DNA of 63,722 bases, filler included, from Craspedostauros australis (GCA_030167865.1; 23 parts of 23 records of this genome joined end to end with filler, not necessarily neighbours in it), one strand, 5' to 3'. Positions 12,721 to 26,025 are shown, counted from the whole stretch's first letter. Notes: generated by a model from the sequence alone, not told the origin. Program-made: numbers and translations.

Positions 12721-14074
12721 ATGTCGAACAACAACAATGAACAGTCCACCTGCTACTTCTCCTTTGACGGTGCCAAGCCTGAGGAGTGGTACGAGTGGCA
12801 GGCAAAAGTCCTCTCCGTCACACGTCACCGTGCATGGTACGAGGCACTCATCCTCAACTGTTCTCACACCCGGACACCAACCATCGAGCTTGACGACGAG
12901 CAGAAGGCTCATGTCAAACTCAACAACACAGCATGGAACTGCCTGGCCGTTGCCTTGTCCAAGAAGGCATTCTCAATCATTGACCTCCATGGCAGCATGG
13001 ACAACGACACCAACTCCCATCATGACAATGCATACAACATTTGGACAGCACTCTCCAAGAAGTTTGAGCCAACTGACGGCGATGCCTGCATCAGGCTTGT
13101 CTTGCAGTTCGCCAACTGCAAGCTCAAGAACAAGAAGGAGGACCCTTGCCAGTCTCCCCAAAGACTACAGGGCCATCTGCCACTACACTCGCAAGGATTC
13201 CGACACCAACATGGACACCCTCACCAAGGAACTCCATGACCGCTGGTTGACCCTCTACGGGTACTGCAAGACAACAGATGCCAAGAAGGCATTCACCACC
13301 ACCGATTAATCCCAAGACAAGAAGGGGAAGAAGAACTGTCAATACTGTGGCAAGCAAGGCCATTGCAAGGAAGAGTGCTACAGTCTCATCAAGGACAAGC
13401 ACAACAACACTGTGCATGAGGATTGCAGAACTGGCAAGTTGTCCAACAAGGGAAACAACAACGGCAGGAAGAAGGACCACAACAAGGTCAAGTGCTACTG
13501 TTGCGACAAGATGGGCCACTATGCTCGCCAATGCCCTGAAAAGGACAATGGCACAGGCATGACGGCCTATGTACTCATGGCGACTGATGCCTCCACCAAT
13601 GAACCATTCGACAAACTGCTCATCTGCGAAGAGGTCGCCACCAATGCAACCATCGACATGTTCCATCACACCATGTTTGACATATCTACCAACAACGAGT
13701 GGCTTCTCGACAGTGGGGCTACCAGCAACGTCTGCACCAAAGACGTCGCTCTTACCAACGAACACTCCAGCAAGCGCATCATCCATGGTGGAAACAGTAC
13801 AAGGATCCGTGAAACCTCTGAGGGGGTCACCCAGGTTGTTGACAACCGTGTTCCTCAACACTGCATCATCGAACAACACAGATTCCGCGAATCACGGTCA
13901 AGGGGGACCAACGACAGCGACAACGTCGCCACACGATGCCACCTCCGTGAACACAGCAACGCCTTCTCCAACATTCCCTGGCGTTTTGTTGCCGCCTGCA
14001 CCGACTCACTAACTATCGCCATCAGCATATGCCTGGCAACAGGGCATGCCTCACGGAAATACTCTGCTGGTTAG
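12721..14074 (+). mobile_element. Degenerate Ty1/copia gag-protease region
   Basis: Gag motifs WYEWQAKV and AYNIWTALSKKFEP; zinc knuckles CQYCGKQGHCKEEC and CYCCDKMGHYARQC; protease WLLDSGATSNVC. Frameshifted. Confidence 0.85.
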
Positions 14075-14078
14075 TCCA

Positions 14079-14162
14079 TCCCAGCCACCTGCTCTCCCAG
14101 CCACCTGCTCTCCCAGCCACCTGCTCTCCCAGCCACCTGCTCTCCCAGCCACCTGCTCTCCC
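14079..14162 (+). repeat. 16-bp tandem repeat (tcccagccacctgctc) x5+
   Basis: Exact units running into the contig end. Confidence 0.95.
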
Positions 14163-14262
14163 NNNNNNNNNNNNNNNNNNNNNNNNNNNNNNNNNNNNNN
14201 NNNNNNTTAATTAATTAANNNNNNNNNNNNNNNNNNNNNNNNNNNNNNNNNNNNNNNNNNNN

Positions 14263-15741
14263 GAAGAAGTTGCGAAGTTCTGGTGTGAGCATCTTACTGT
14301 CCTTGACGACTTCGATCATGACTGGGTTGACGCCGTTCAAGAATTGACGTGCAAACTCCTGGTCCTCCTTCCAATGATTGAATGCGTGTTCTGGGAGCTT
14401 GAGGAATGGATTGTCCACTTCCATACCGAGTGGTCCCTTGGCCTTGAAGATTCTCTCGTAGTTCTCCTTCGTGGCGATGTCATTGATAGTGAGCGGGTTC
14501 ACGGCGATTCCGGCCTGAGTCTTCAAGGCACAGGCGATCACTCTTGCAAACTTCTTGAAGGAGAACCAGTACTCGACATGCGGTACGCCTTCGACCTTCT
14601 TCATCAACTTCGTTGTGTTGAAATCCGGATACTGCGTTTGTTCCAGAATGGAGAAGGGTGTGGTGGGGCAATGAATGGAAATCGACGGGTAGGAATGATA
14701 TCGAAGATACGAAGAATGAATGGGTCGAAGAGGAGACATGAAACAGAGGAGCAATGAAGGTGTATACAGTTTGTCACATATGTGAGTGTGCGGGAGCGCA
14801 GAGCCGTCAAATTTCATGTTCATCAAGGTTGGTGCGATCGCTCCCAAGCAGAAACACGATCTATGTCCTCCACCGTGAATGCACGTACCTCGTCGTGCCC
14901 GCCGTATGTTCCGTAGTCGTATGTGGCATTGCGATACAAGGCGTCTGGCAGCTTCTCCTTCAGGAATTTGATGATGCCGGAACCGTTTCCGCCGCTCTTG
15001 CCTTCGCTGTAAGCGCCGAGGACGACTGGGTAGAATGCAAAATCGAAGATCAACTGCGCCCAGTCCCTGCTGAGCTGGCCGCTGCGCAAATCCTTGATGG
15101 CCAACCGGAGGAGCAACCGAGCAAGAGGAGGCGTGTTGGCTTTCCAGAATTGCACGAGGCATGCGACGGATGCTTGCGAAGATGCTTCGATCGCGGCGAG
15201 CGGGAAGATGAGGATGGCCAAAAGGCCACCTTCGTCCACGACCCTCTGGAGTCTGAGAGGTTCTTTGGGTTTCATCGAAACGAATTTCTGCATGATCTCG
15301 GCCTTGTCCTCGGCCTTCGTTGTGGCCGCTCCGGACTTGACCGCGCCGAATGCGGATGTTGGCTCCGTTTTGTCGTCGGGGGCTTGGAATCCGTCAAGCA
15401 GTTCGTAGAGGAGCTCCGCCTGCTCGACGTCCATCTCGGAAGTCTCCGTGAGGACCTCAACGTCTTCGAAACTCGCGAATTCTCCCTCGACGGACTCATC
15501 TGTTTCGTCAGCGATGGTTGATCTGTCGCCGAGAGGGGTATTTGCTTGGTCAAGGAGGGAACTGTAGAAATCCATATCCTCGTCGGCAGGCACACCATTG
15601 GGTTCCGTGGTGGGCTCTTCGAGCAGCCCCTTGCTATCCATCAACGGAGCGATGTTGACCTTGCGCATAGCTGCGGCACGCGGGATGACAGGCCTTGCCA
15701 TCTGAAATGCGGAGCTCGGGCATGCCCAGAGCAATCCGGCC
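14263..15741 (-). CDS. LOX: Lipoxygenase, N-terminal part (exons 15741-14889 and 14631-14263; intron 14888-14632), plastid-type presequence
   Basis: GAG|GTACGT donor and CAG|TAT acceptor join GGHDE|YPDF in frame. WKEDQEFARQFLNGVNP is the lipoxygenase W..D.EFARQ.L.G.NP motif. N-terminus AGLLWACPSSA-FQMARP is ASAFAP-like. 14263-14517 overlaps 15842-16096 exactly (255 nt). Confidence 0.9.
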
Positions 15742-15841
15742 NNNNNNNNNNNNNNNNNNNNNNNNNNNNNNNNNNNNNNNNNNNNTTAATTAATTAANNN
15801 NNNNNNNNNNNNNNNNNNNNNNNNNNNNNNNNNNNNNNNNN

Positions 15842-17246
15842 CAGGCCGGAATCGCCGTGAACCCGCTCACTATCAATGACATCGCCACGAAGGAGAACTA
15901 CGAGAGAATCTTCAAGGCCAAGGGACCACTCGGTATGGAAGTGGACAATCCATTCCTCAAGCTCCCAGAACACGCATTCAATCATTGGAAGGAGGACCAG
16001 GAGTTTGCACGTCAATTCTTGAACGGCGTCAACCCAGTCATGATCGAAGTCGTCAAGGACAGTAAGATGCTCACACCAGAACTTCGCAACTTCTTCGAAA
16101 AGGAAGGAATCGTCAACCTCGAGGCCCTTGCCAAGGCCAACAAGCTCTTTTACGTGGACTACGTCGGCTTGGACGATCTCGAGAAAAACCCTCACCAGGC
16201 ATATCCGGAGGTGTACAACAACGCCATCACCACTCAGGACCAAGAAATCTTGAGCCGCGTCGGAAAGGAGCCGCGCTACTTCAAGGCCCCGATGATCCTC
16301 TTCCGCCAAACCCAGAATCTCAAGAATATCGAGGTCATGGCCATCCAGCTTGATCGCGACGCTGATTCCAAAGTTTACACAGTCGGGAATTCCAACGAGG
16401 CTGAATGGTTGTTCGCCAAGACCACCGTCGCGGCCGCAGATTCTCAATACCACGAGGTAAGCATGCGATACGTCGTTCCACGATGTACCGTGCAGTGGGG
16501 CGCAATGTTATGCAGTGCTGTACTGTACAGCGTGCTGGTGATGCTATCCGTTCAAAAATATTTGCAGTTGTGGCAACATCATTCTGCAGAGAGTTGCTCG
16601 TTCGGCTGTCGATGTCCAATCTATCGGAGACCGATGCCTGTTTCCATCGGCCACACTTTGTCGATATCCCGCTCACAACGCCAAACATATCCCACTCAAC
16701 ATATCCCTGCCCTCTTTCTTGGTCTCCTTCTATCCTTGCGTCCAACATTTCGCACTTTGACAGTGGGTGAGCCATCTTGGAAAGACCCATTTGACCATGG
16801 AGCCACACATCATCGCCATCCACAACACCCTGCGCAGATACAACCACAAGATCTATCCATTCGTCAGACCAATGTGCCGTGACACCCTTTTTCTCAACTT
16901 CGCGGCGCGTGATACTTTGGCCGCTTTTGCACCAAACAGCCTTGGTGATTACATGACATCCGTCGGAACTGGCCAGTTCATGGTACTCATTTACAAGTAC
17001 TGGAAGGATTACGACTTCTTCAAGTCTTCCGCCTTCGACGAAGAGCTGGAAGGGCGCGGATTCACCGACGATGTGAAGCTCGACAACTACCGCTACCGCA
17101 ACGATGGCAAGGAGCTTTGGGAGGCATACGGCTTCTTTGCAACTCAGTATGTCGATGAGTGCTACCAAAACGACACGGAAGTCAGAGGCGACGCCGTCCT
17201 GCAATTGTGGGCTCACGAAACCACTGCTGAGGACCGTGCTTTCATC
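15842..17246 (+). CDS. LOX: Lipoxygenase, central part, variant A (intron 16457-16763)
   Basis: WLFAK; ADSQYHE|WVSHLGKTHL (iron-ligand histidines) joined across a GTAAGC...CAG intron; YRYRNDGKELW; DAVLQLWAHE. Confidence 0.95.
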
Positions 17247-18840
17247 NNNNNNNNNNNNNNNNNNNNNNNNNNNNNNNNNNNNNNNNNNNNTTAATTAATT
17301 AANNNNNNNNNNNNNNNNNNNNNNNNNNNNNNNNNNNNNNNNNNNNACTCCACACTCGTCTCTGTTGTGATCCGTCCAGAGCAGGGCAGAGTCGAGGAGA
17401 GCCACCATTTCGTGGTTTGCTTGTGTGACCAAGTGCACTTGATTAGTTCGATCACTTGCCGGCCTTGTCTTCTTGGGTCACGAGTGACAAACTTGTGCGA
17501 CTTATTTATCCGTCATTCGATTTTAATATCCGTCATTCGATTTATTTATCCGTCATTCGATTTATTTAGAAGTAGAAACTGTTTGTCATTGGTATAGACG
17601 GGACTCGATCAATTAGGCCAGCGGCATCAATGCCTCGTTTTGTTTCTCCGAAATAGGTCCAACAGGGTTTCCCACTAAGTTCTTCGAAAGGAGATTCGTT
17701 CTTCGCCAATCGTGGAATGTCAATAGCGGCCTTCTTGTGTCTGAGTGACAAAATTGTTTTTGGATGTCAAAGTAGTCGTACTAGTCGAAATGCGTTTCCG
17801 TTGCTTTTTGCCGGGTGTCCCTGTTCCCATCCATCACGAGTATGTACTACTACTTCTACGACTAGTAGTACATGAACAACAACAAGAAGGAAGACAACGG
17901 AGGGTTCTGACGACAACAGGGTTCTGTTGTGTGGCATTGTCGAAAACGAGAATCTTCGACTGATACGACTATGAGTCAGATCATCGAAGAAGACCAATGA
18001 CTGTGTTGACATCTGTCGAAGCGCAACGAATGCGAGAGATCGTTGATGGTCATACCCAAGTGGTTCGAAATGGTCGTTGGGTGTTTCCATTGGTCTGGAC
18101 GGTCTTGTGGCCTTGAGTCTGCCTCCGACAACTCGACTTCAGCCACAATCAACATCACATCGGTTCGAAGCAAACAACGCGAAAGTCTCCGGAGGCAGAG
18201 ATACAGAGATACAGAGAGACAGAGAGACAGAGGGAGCTGCCATCACCACAACCATGGGCCATGCTTGCTTGCGTCATTGTAGCATCTGCTGTTGAAGCAA
18301 TGGCTCCTTCACCGGCCTCTACCCGGAAGTGAACCAAACGGCAAACCAGATGAAGAGCAATGGGATTGTTGTTGTGGTGTAATCAGATATTTTAAACTGG
18401 ATTTATGGCTGGTTGCTGCCGATGTCCAGTTTGTTGTTGTTTCTCTTGTGTTTGCTTGCTTGGTGTTGGTGGTGGCTACCAGCTGTAGTGTTACAACGAC
18501 GAATGACGTCATTGGTATTTTCTGGTTTCTTTGGTTTCGTGCCATCTGTCCTCACAATTTGAGCATCTTCTCCAACAATCACCATCCAAATCACTGCGAT
18601 TGACTCGACCGAGTGCAACCGTATCTCTTGGCATCACTGGAAGATCCACGCATCCCCTCACCACAAAGTTGCCCAAAAACCCCAACCAGGATGCCAGGCA
18701 CACAACAACACAATCCGGTGTCACCAAATCCAACACAACAACAGACACTCCACCATAGCCTGAGCGAAGAGTCCAAGGACAGCCCATAGAATACCATCAC
18801 CGCCGATACTCATACAGCACATCCCCACTTCTTCTCCAAA

Positions 18841-19244
18841 ATGACGCAACCTTCCTGGACTCCAGCGAAAGCGAAGATGCTTTGCCTCGCCTACCTGGAA
18901 ATCAAGAAGGAACCAGGCAAATGCAAAAACGGAACTTGGCCTCTCATTTTTGAGAATTTCAAGCGCCGCATCGCGCGGTACAACGAAAGGATGGCAATAA
19001 AGAGATCGAACAGAGGATACGGCGGCAGAAACGACGGCGACTTCGGCGGTGATTTTGATGTCGTCTCATGCACGGCTTCTGCAGATAGTCTCAGACACGT
19101 CTTGGACACCCTCCGGCGTTCCACTCTGCAACTTCGAAAGATTCTTCCGCCAACACCTCACACTTCACCGGAAGCTGAATTTGAATGGATCGCAGATTGG
19201 CGCGAATCGTGCGACAAGAGATTCAGACACTCTCGTCTCAACGT
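18841..19244 (+). CDS. Myb/SANT-like DNA-binding protein fragment (possibly Harbinger-associated), 3' truncated
   Basis: WTPAKAKMLCLAYLEI...W..IFENF resembles a trihelix/Myb-like pattern; clean ATG after a pyrimidine-rich leader. Confidence 0.35.
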
Positions 19245-19344
19245 NNNNNNNNNNNNNNNNNNNNNNNNNNNNNNNNNNNNNNNNNNNNTTAATTAATTAA
19301 NNNNNNNNNNNNNNNNNNNNNNNNNNNNNNNNNNNNNNNNNNNN

Positions 19345-19982
19345 AGATCATCGAAGATCGGTTCAGTCACGGGAGTGGATTCCAATCGTGTTTCACGATG
19401 GTGTCAATTCGTCGATTCTGACGAACTTGTTTCGACATCGTCCAACAAACACCATCGTCATTGTTGTCAATGGAGGAGAGGTCTGGAGGTTGGTGACCAA
19501 CGCAACGGCACAACACAACACAGCATGGCATGGCATGGCCATGAGATGAACGAGATGAAGCGACATGATACGCAGCCATGATGACACCCAACGATGGATG
19601 GAACAGTTATTGGCATCAACATGACCTTCCTTGCACGAGGATGCGGATACGGAAGGTGCATTGAGCCGTCTGTGATGGTTGCGCAGACGGCTCACCGACC
19701 CCAAATCGTGAAGATCGTTTGCACCCAAAGCTTGGATGCTCAGATAAACAGGACAATGATCAATGCATCCATTGCATTCATTGCATTGATCAGAAGCGAT
19801 TTAGCAAAACTGTGTCCAGGTACCCGCAAACGTGGCTTCCATCACCTATCCTGCGACTCGCGCTGAAACACGGGGAAAGCTCTCGGCATTCTACATCGGC
19901 GATCTATCGTTTCGGCACAAGGGCAACATCAATGCCCGAGGGCTCCACGGCAATAGCATCAGCAACAGCAGGAGTAATAGCA
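19345..19982. repeat. 638-bp segment repeated in reverse complement at 20654-21291 (adjacent contig)
   Basis: Direct comparison; the overlap ends at an (AGCAAC)n microsatellite, consistent with assembly redundancy. Confidence 0.9.
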
Positions 19983-19983
19983 T

Positions 19984-20018
<35 letters not shown>

Positions 20019-22100
20019 TCAGCAACAGCAACAGCAACAGTGATACCGCCCGATGATTCCACCCGAGCACGACAGCCACGGAAGCTGTTCATGACCGATG
20101 ATGTGATGCAGTTCGTCTGCTGGTATTCTACATGATATCGGAAGGCAAGGCAAGGCTGTCCTCACTCCAAGGCTTCCAGGTCACGACGCCGGTGTCGTTC
20201 GAGTCGCTGTCGAGGCAGCTCATCAGCTGTGCCATTTCCGCCGCTATGTCAATGAAACAGAACGAGCGGCCTGATCTCCAGACCATCGTGACAAATGGTC
20301 TGCGCATGTCCATCGCTGCTGTGGCCGAGACGCGAAACGTTGTAGGCGCGGATACCACCGCAGACGTAGATGCAGAGATATCGACGACAACGATGATGTA
20401 GCTCAAGGATCCTGGAACAAGATTGGTGGTTTCGTGCCGATTTCGATCGTCTCACCCGCTGTGCTGTGTTGCGGGCCGATCGAAGAAGCTCGCAAAGATG
20501 TGGGCACGGCAGATAGAGACTGAGACGGTTCCCTTCGTATCCTTTCCGGTGGCNNNNNNNNNNNNNNNNNNNNNNNNNNNNNNNNNNNNNNNNNNNNTTA
20601 ATTAATTAANNNNNNNNNNNNNNNNNNNNNNNNNNNNNNNNNNNNNNNNNNNNTGCTATTACTCCTGCTGTTGCTGATGCTATTGCCGTGGAGCCCTCGG
20701 GCATTGATGTTGCCCTTGTGCCGAAACGATAGATCGCCGATGTAGAATGCCGAGAGCTTTCCCCGTGTTTCAGCGCGAGTCGCAGGATAGGTGATGGAAG
20801 CCACGTTTGCGGGTACCTGGACACAGTTTTGCTAAATCGCTTCTGATCAATGCAATGAATGCAATGGATGCATTGATCATTGTCCTGTTTATCTGAGCAT
20901 CCAAGCTTTGGGTGCAAACGATCTTCACGATTTGGGGTCGGTGAGCCGTCTGCGCAACCATCACAGACGGCTCAATGCACCTTCCGTATCCGCATCCTCG
21001 TGCAAGGAAGGTCATGTTGATGCCAATAACTGTTCCATCCATCGTTGGGTGTCATCATGGCTGCGTATCATGTCGCTTCATCTCGTTCATCTCATGGCCA
21101 TGCCATGCCATGCTGTGTTGTGTTGTGCCGTTGCGTTGGTCACCAACCTCCAGACCTCTCCTCCATTGACAACAATGACGATGGTGTTTGTTGGACGATG
21201 TCGAAACAAGTTCGTCAGAATCGACGAATTGACACCATCGTGAAACACGATTGGAATCCACTCCCGTGACTGAACCGATCTTCGATGATCTCTCAGACAC
21301 CAAACAAAACACGAAAGAAACGCGACGATGGCATCATCATCATCATCACACAAAGCAACAGATCCGTCGATGAACGGAACAGGATGGGATGACAAATGGA
21401 TGGGATGGCAAATGGACGGAAGCAGCATGCGCGAGGCCAACGAACGCAGTGGGTCCAACACAGAGCCGCACGCAGTTCGAGTCCAAATCCAAGTCCAACC
21501 CGACGTGGCCGAACGCTTCGCCATGGCGTAGTCATGCCATCGCATTCGCTGCTGTTGATTCCATCAGCTGCTCTTGGATGGCGTACTACGACTAGTCCAC
21601 ACTCGGCGAGCAACGAGTTGCCTTCATGAGAGGCACTCGTTCCAGCACAGTCCAAAGGCGAGAACAGCGCCATTGGCATCACTCCACTCCTCAACGATCA
21701 TCGACACGCATCATACCACACTGCAAACTCCGCAGCGCCGTGAACGGAGAAACTGTGAAGCAAGGGTCGCTCACGTGGTTCATCTCAACGGGTTCTACTC
21801 TTATTGTACATATAATAGTTATCTGGACTTTCATTTGTGCGATGTGATATGTTGTGATACTCTGTGATATACTGTGACCGCCATCGTCGTTTGTCTCTTG
21901 GCATTGACCAACATCGCTGAACTTGAGAACGGCAGGCCACAGAAGAAGAAGCGGCATGCGCTTTCGTGATGCGAAAGCCATAGGATTGTTGGTTTCCCGA
22001 CTATCGATCGCAGGAGCCACCAAAACCAACACCAACGCGAGTGAATTGGTGGAACTGGGGCGGTGGGAGTCTCGGTGCTGTCTTTCCAGCTTCTGGGGAA

Positions 22101-24663
22101 TCAGCTGGTTTCCCCCAGGTATGGCAAGTCGGAATCATCGTCCATGCTTTCATCATCATCCGTGCCTGCACCTTCCATGCCTGCACCAACCATGCTTGCA
22201 CCACCGAACATGCTTGCACCACCGAACATGCTTGCATAGTCGTCTGTGCTTTCATCATCATCCATCTTTGCATCGTCGTCCGCGTTTGCATCATCATCCG
22301 TGCTTTCACCATCCGTGTTTTCACCATCCGCCCCTTCACCATCGCCTGAGGATTGATTCAGCTGATCGGCCACGCCAACAACTGCGTTTGGTTCACCAGA
22401 CAAAACCTTCACGCAAGTCTTTCCATGTTTGTGTGTCATCGCTCCGTCGCTGCGGAGGCTTTCCAATCTCTTTATGGGCCCCCGAAGAAGAGGTACCTTA
22501 TCCACAGGAAACGATCCGAAAGGGATACGCGCCTTTTTGTGTCGAGGTGCTTTCGGGAAGCTGGTGGATCGGCTCGAAACACAGTAAAAGCGATGCTGCC
22601 CAAGCTCTTCGTCCAGGATTTCGTTGTGCACATTGTTCATGTTCAATTCAAGTTTCGTGCACGACACCGCTCCGAAATAGTCTTTGGATTGGTTGCAAAT
22701 GGTGAACATATCGAGGTCTTCGACCCGTAAGATCTGCTTCCCATCTTGTTCCTCTTGTGTTATTTGGACACCAACACAAGACACGTATCCGTCGGCAAGG
22801 TTGCTGGTCCGAGTCGGAAGGGTTGTGATTGGCGGAAAGAACTGCTTTGCGATTCGATTGTCCGGCCCAGGCAGCTCGAAAGTCTTTGCTGCTTTGACAC
22901 GTTCACGATCTTTTTCCACCTCCCTCAACACCTTGCGCATGTTGTTCGATAGATCGTTGTCGATCTTCAAGAAGGCTGTCTTCTGCGTAAGCCGGAGAAG
23001 ATCCCGACCATTCTCACGTGTGGTCGGTTGTAGTTGGCTATCCACCTCGTCTTTCGGCGTCAGCTTCAGCTTCTTGATGATAACTCCCGTCTCCTTTGTT
23101 GCTGGATCCTCTACTTTCAAGTTGAAGTTGCCCTTGTGGTAGTAGGAACCTTGGAGAGCTTGGGGGGTTCTGTACGAAATTGGCACGAAGTTGGCAAGTT
23201 TCTTCCATACCTCTTGGATTCTTTCATTGACAAGCAGAGGTGTGCCTTCGGGGTAGTCCTCCGTTGTCTTGCCCAAGCTGTTGGCGTACATCTTCAGGTG
23301 TGTCTTCAGGATGTGTTGAAGGTTGAGATCAAGTCGTTTCTCCAGCTTGACTGTCATGGCAGCAGCAATGACGCAGTTGATCAGCTGAGTTGACATCATC
23401 TCAAAGGCGAAGGGTGTGGTCCCCGTGAAGGCTTCAATCGACATTGCAGCCTCGCGCCCTGACACCATGTAAAGTGACAAGAGCAGCATTGCCTCGTCGA
23501 CTTCGAATGGCTTGGGGATTGCATGGGTCAAGACTGCGTTGTGTCCTGCTTTGGTAACCTCTTTGTCGATAGTTGGTGTCACCAGACCAAACTTCGCGAC
23601 GAGTAGCCACATCATCGTTTTCTTGCTGAGCTCCTTTCTCTCGTCGGTTCCCTCGTCTTCCGTAAACTTGGGATCAGTCATGACCTCTTCGAATTCCAGG
23701 CCATAGTCCATATCTGCAAACTTGCTTGCTGCGACTTCCTCTTTGAGCTTTTCGGGATGGAACTCTGTTTGGTAGAGGAAGACAGCGATCGCCCTTGCTC
23801 CTGTCAGCATCATTTCGGATGGGGAATCCTGAAGCATTCGCATCCCATTGCTTTCGATGAAGGTATCAAAGACCCGGATCAAGAGTCTGGCCTCCTCATG
23901 TGGATGCCTGGGAGACAACTGGGTGGCGTTCATCTCGTTCAACAAGATCGATGTCATCCTCGAATTGTTGTGGACTATGGCACGAAGAAAAGGGAAGTCG
24001 TCGAAATCAGCGAAGTCAGGGAGTGAACGTGCTTTGACATCTTTCTTCTCATGGCAGGTGTATTCGTTCCGCAGGACGTTGTAGACATTCTTTCTGCGAT
24101 CCGGATGGTCTGCGATGGTCTTGACGGGCAGGTAGTTGCCATGCTGAGATCCAACAGCAATCCCGTACACACCCGTCCCTGCGATGGAGAAGACGACGTG
24201 GACTCGGAATAGGTCGTTGGAATCCTGCCTTGCGTCGTCACCCGCACACCGGTTCATGAAGAATTTCCCCAGGCGCTCTCCAAAGTCTGTGTGGTGGCGA
24301 ATAATGGATCGGGATATATTCTTGAGGAAGGATGCTTCATCGATGGCCACGACCACTCTGATCACCTTCTTTTTTGCTTCGGTGACCTCAACACCCGGGT
24401 TTTTTGCTCGATGGTATTCGTTCATCTTCTCGATGAAGCCGACAACTTTGTCAATTGCTGCCTTCGATCGTGTGGCCGTTTCCACCATGGCCTCCTGGAG
24501 CACATTATACGACGATCTCTCCCGAATCGCTGTCGCCCTTTGCTCGACCGTATCGGTTGCATCCGGCGCTTGGTTCTTGGCTTCCTCCATTCCGTCCGAA
24601 ATGTCGTCATCGATCTTCAGTACCATCGTGAGAGCAGCCTTCCTGGTCACAGAGCTTGCTGCG
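22101..24663 (-). CDS. P-loop NTPase + putative PD-(D/E)xK (QxK) nuclease-fold protein, paralogue 1 (5' truncated)
   Basis: Intronless ORF of about 850 aa. Walker B IRVVVAIDEA; FSIAGTG; NNSRM; C-terminal SNLADGYVS...NQSKDY; acidic repeat tail. Collinear with 43115-46519. Confidence 0.7.
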
Positions 24664-24763
24664 NNNNNNNNNNNNNNNNNNNNNNNNNNNNNNNNNNNNN
24701 NNNNNNNTTAATTAATTAANNNNNNNNNNNNNNNNNNNNNNNNNNNNNNNNNNNNNNNNNNNN

Positions 24764-25050
24764 CAACGACTACTACTACTACACGACGCCACTACCAGGG
24801 CGAGCACAAGCATGGAACACAACAGCGAGTACGCATGACATTGGCGAAGAAAGTTGCGAAATAGAGCGAAAGTGTGGCGATGATGTTTGAATTTGTGAAC
24901 GGATGNCGATGATGTTTGAATTTGTGAACGGATGTCGATGATGTTGTGTGTGTGATGTGTTTTGTGTGATGTGTTTTGTGTCATGTGTTTTGTGTCATGT
25001 GTTTTGTGTCATGTGTTTTGTGTCATGTGTTTTGTGTCATGTGTTTTGTG
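24764..25050. repeat. Minisatellite-containing segment (14-bp tgtgttttgtgtca array and a 29-bp duplication); 24764-24990 recurs in reverse complement at 59621-59847
   Basis: Direct sequence comparison. Confidence 0.9.
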
Positions 25051-25639
25051 ACGAGCAAAATGTGAGATCATGTCGCAGATGCTAACGTGTATTTAACGCG
25101 TACCAACCGAACGACATCTTCGACGTCGTCTCCGTGACTGAATACCATACGATAAATAAAAAAGAACATCAAAGAACTTTCTGAGAAACAAGCAGGAGTT
25201 TCATGAGGTGCGACCCATACGACTAAAAATCACTTTTGATCGCCCATAAAACTTAAAATAAGGTCTAACCGAAAAGTAATTTGTACCAGTATTTGGTTTT
25301 AGAACATGAGGATTATGAATATGCGGTTGGTTTGGATCTACTATAAAAATGTTGTTGAGTCCCATAACAAAGTGCAGGTCGACTCACTGATCGGGCTCCT
25401 AGTGGTAGACTCACTTGGGGGGCTCATAAAGTTCCCAGAATGTATTGAGTCAAGTCAATCGAATGGTTGGAGTCAGCAGTGATCCGTGAATGAAAGGGGA
25501 GGAAAAGGGAAAGGAGAATTTTGCTGTGTTCGGAGGTGGAAGATTTCGCGCCAAAACTGGCGAGCCAAATTAATTTCATGAGGCGACATGGGACACACTA
25601 CAGGTGGAAAGTAGTCTGTTCTTTCGATGAAATTCAACT

Positions 25640-25805
25640 GAATTGGACTTGTTCGCGTACCCTCGGAGGTTGGACGTCATCGGCTCGTGTGGGAGGTGGA
25701 AAAGCCGTGACATTTCGCTTTTGGTCCGGAAACGATCCTTGCCCAACATTCATTTGTTTTTCTCTCGATCCCAATTGTCAGTTCTACTGGCAGCTCGTAT
25801 CACGA
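25640..25805 (+). promoter_or_regulatory. Duplicated upstream segment, second copy at 28400-28600
   Basis: gaattggacttgttcgcgtaccctcggaggttggacgtcatcggctc is identical in both copies, followed by a diverged alignment. One copy precedes the GPCR gene, the other the dCache sensor gene. Regulatory role is inferred. Confidence 0.5.
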
Positions 25806-26025
25806 GGACAAGCATCTGCGGTTCGTCACTCACGGGCTTTTTGCTTTGCGGCACAGTCACATTGCGTTTGACAGCATCCAACAAACTCCAACTCAACTCG
25901 ACTTGACACAACTCAACTCAACTCAACTCTGACTCTGCTTGCAACCACCTCAGTATTCATCACAACTCTGCTCGCACACAATACGAATACGCCACATCAA
26001 ACCACATCACATCACATCGCAAACC

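Noticed and set aside
14263..17246. Divergent pair of lipoxygenase genes
   Set aside because: An exact 255-nt end overlap shows these are consecutive pieces of one gene model broken at an assembly bubble.
19345..21291. Large inverted repeat or foldback element
   Set aside because: The two arms are on different contigs and end at a microsatellite; this is assembly overlap.
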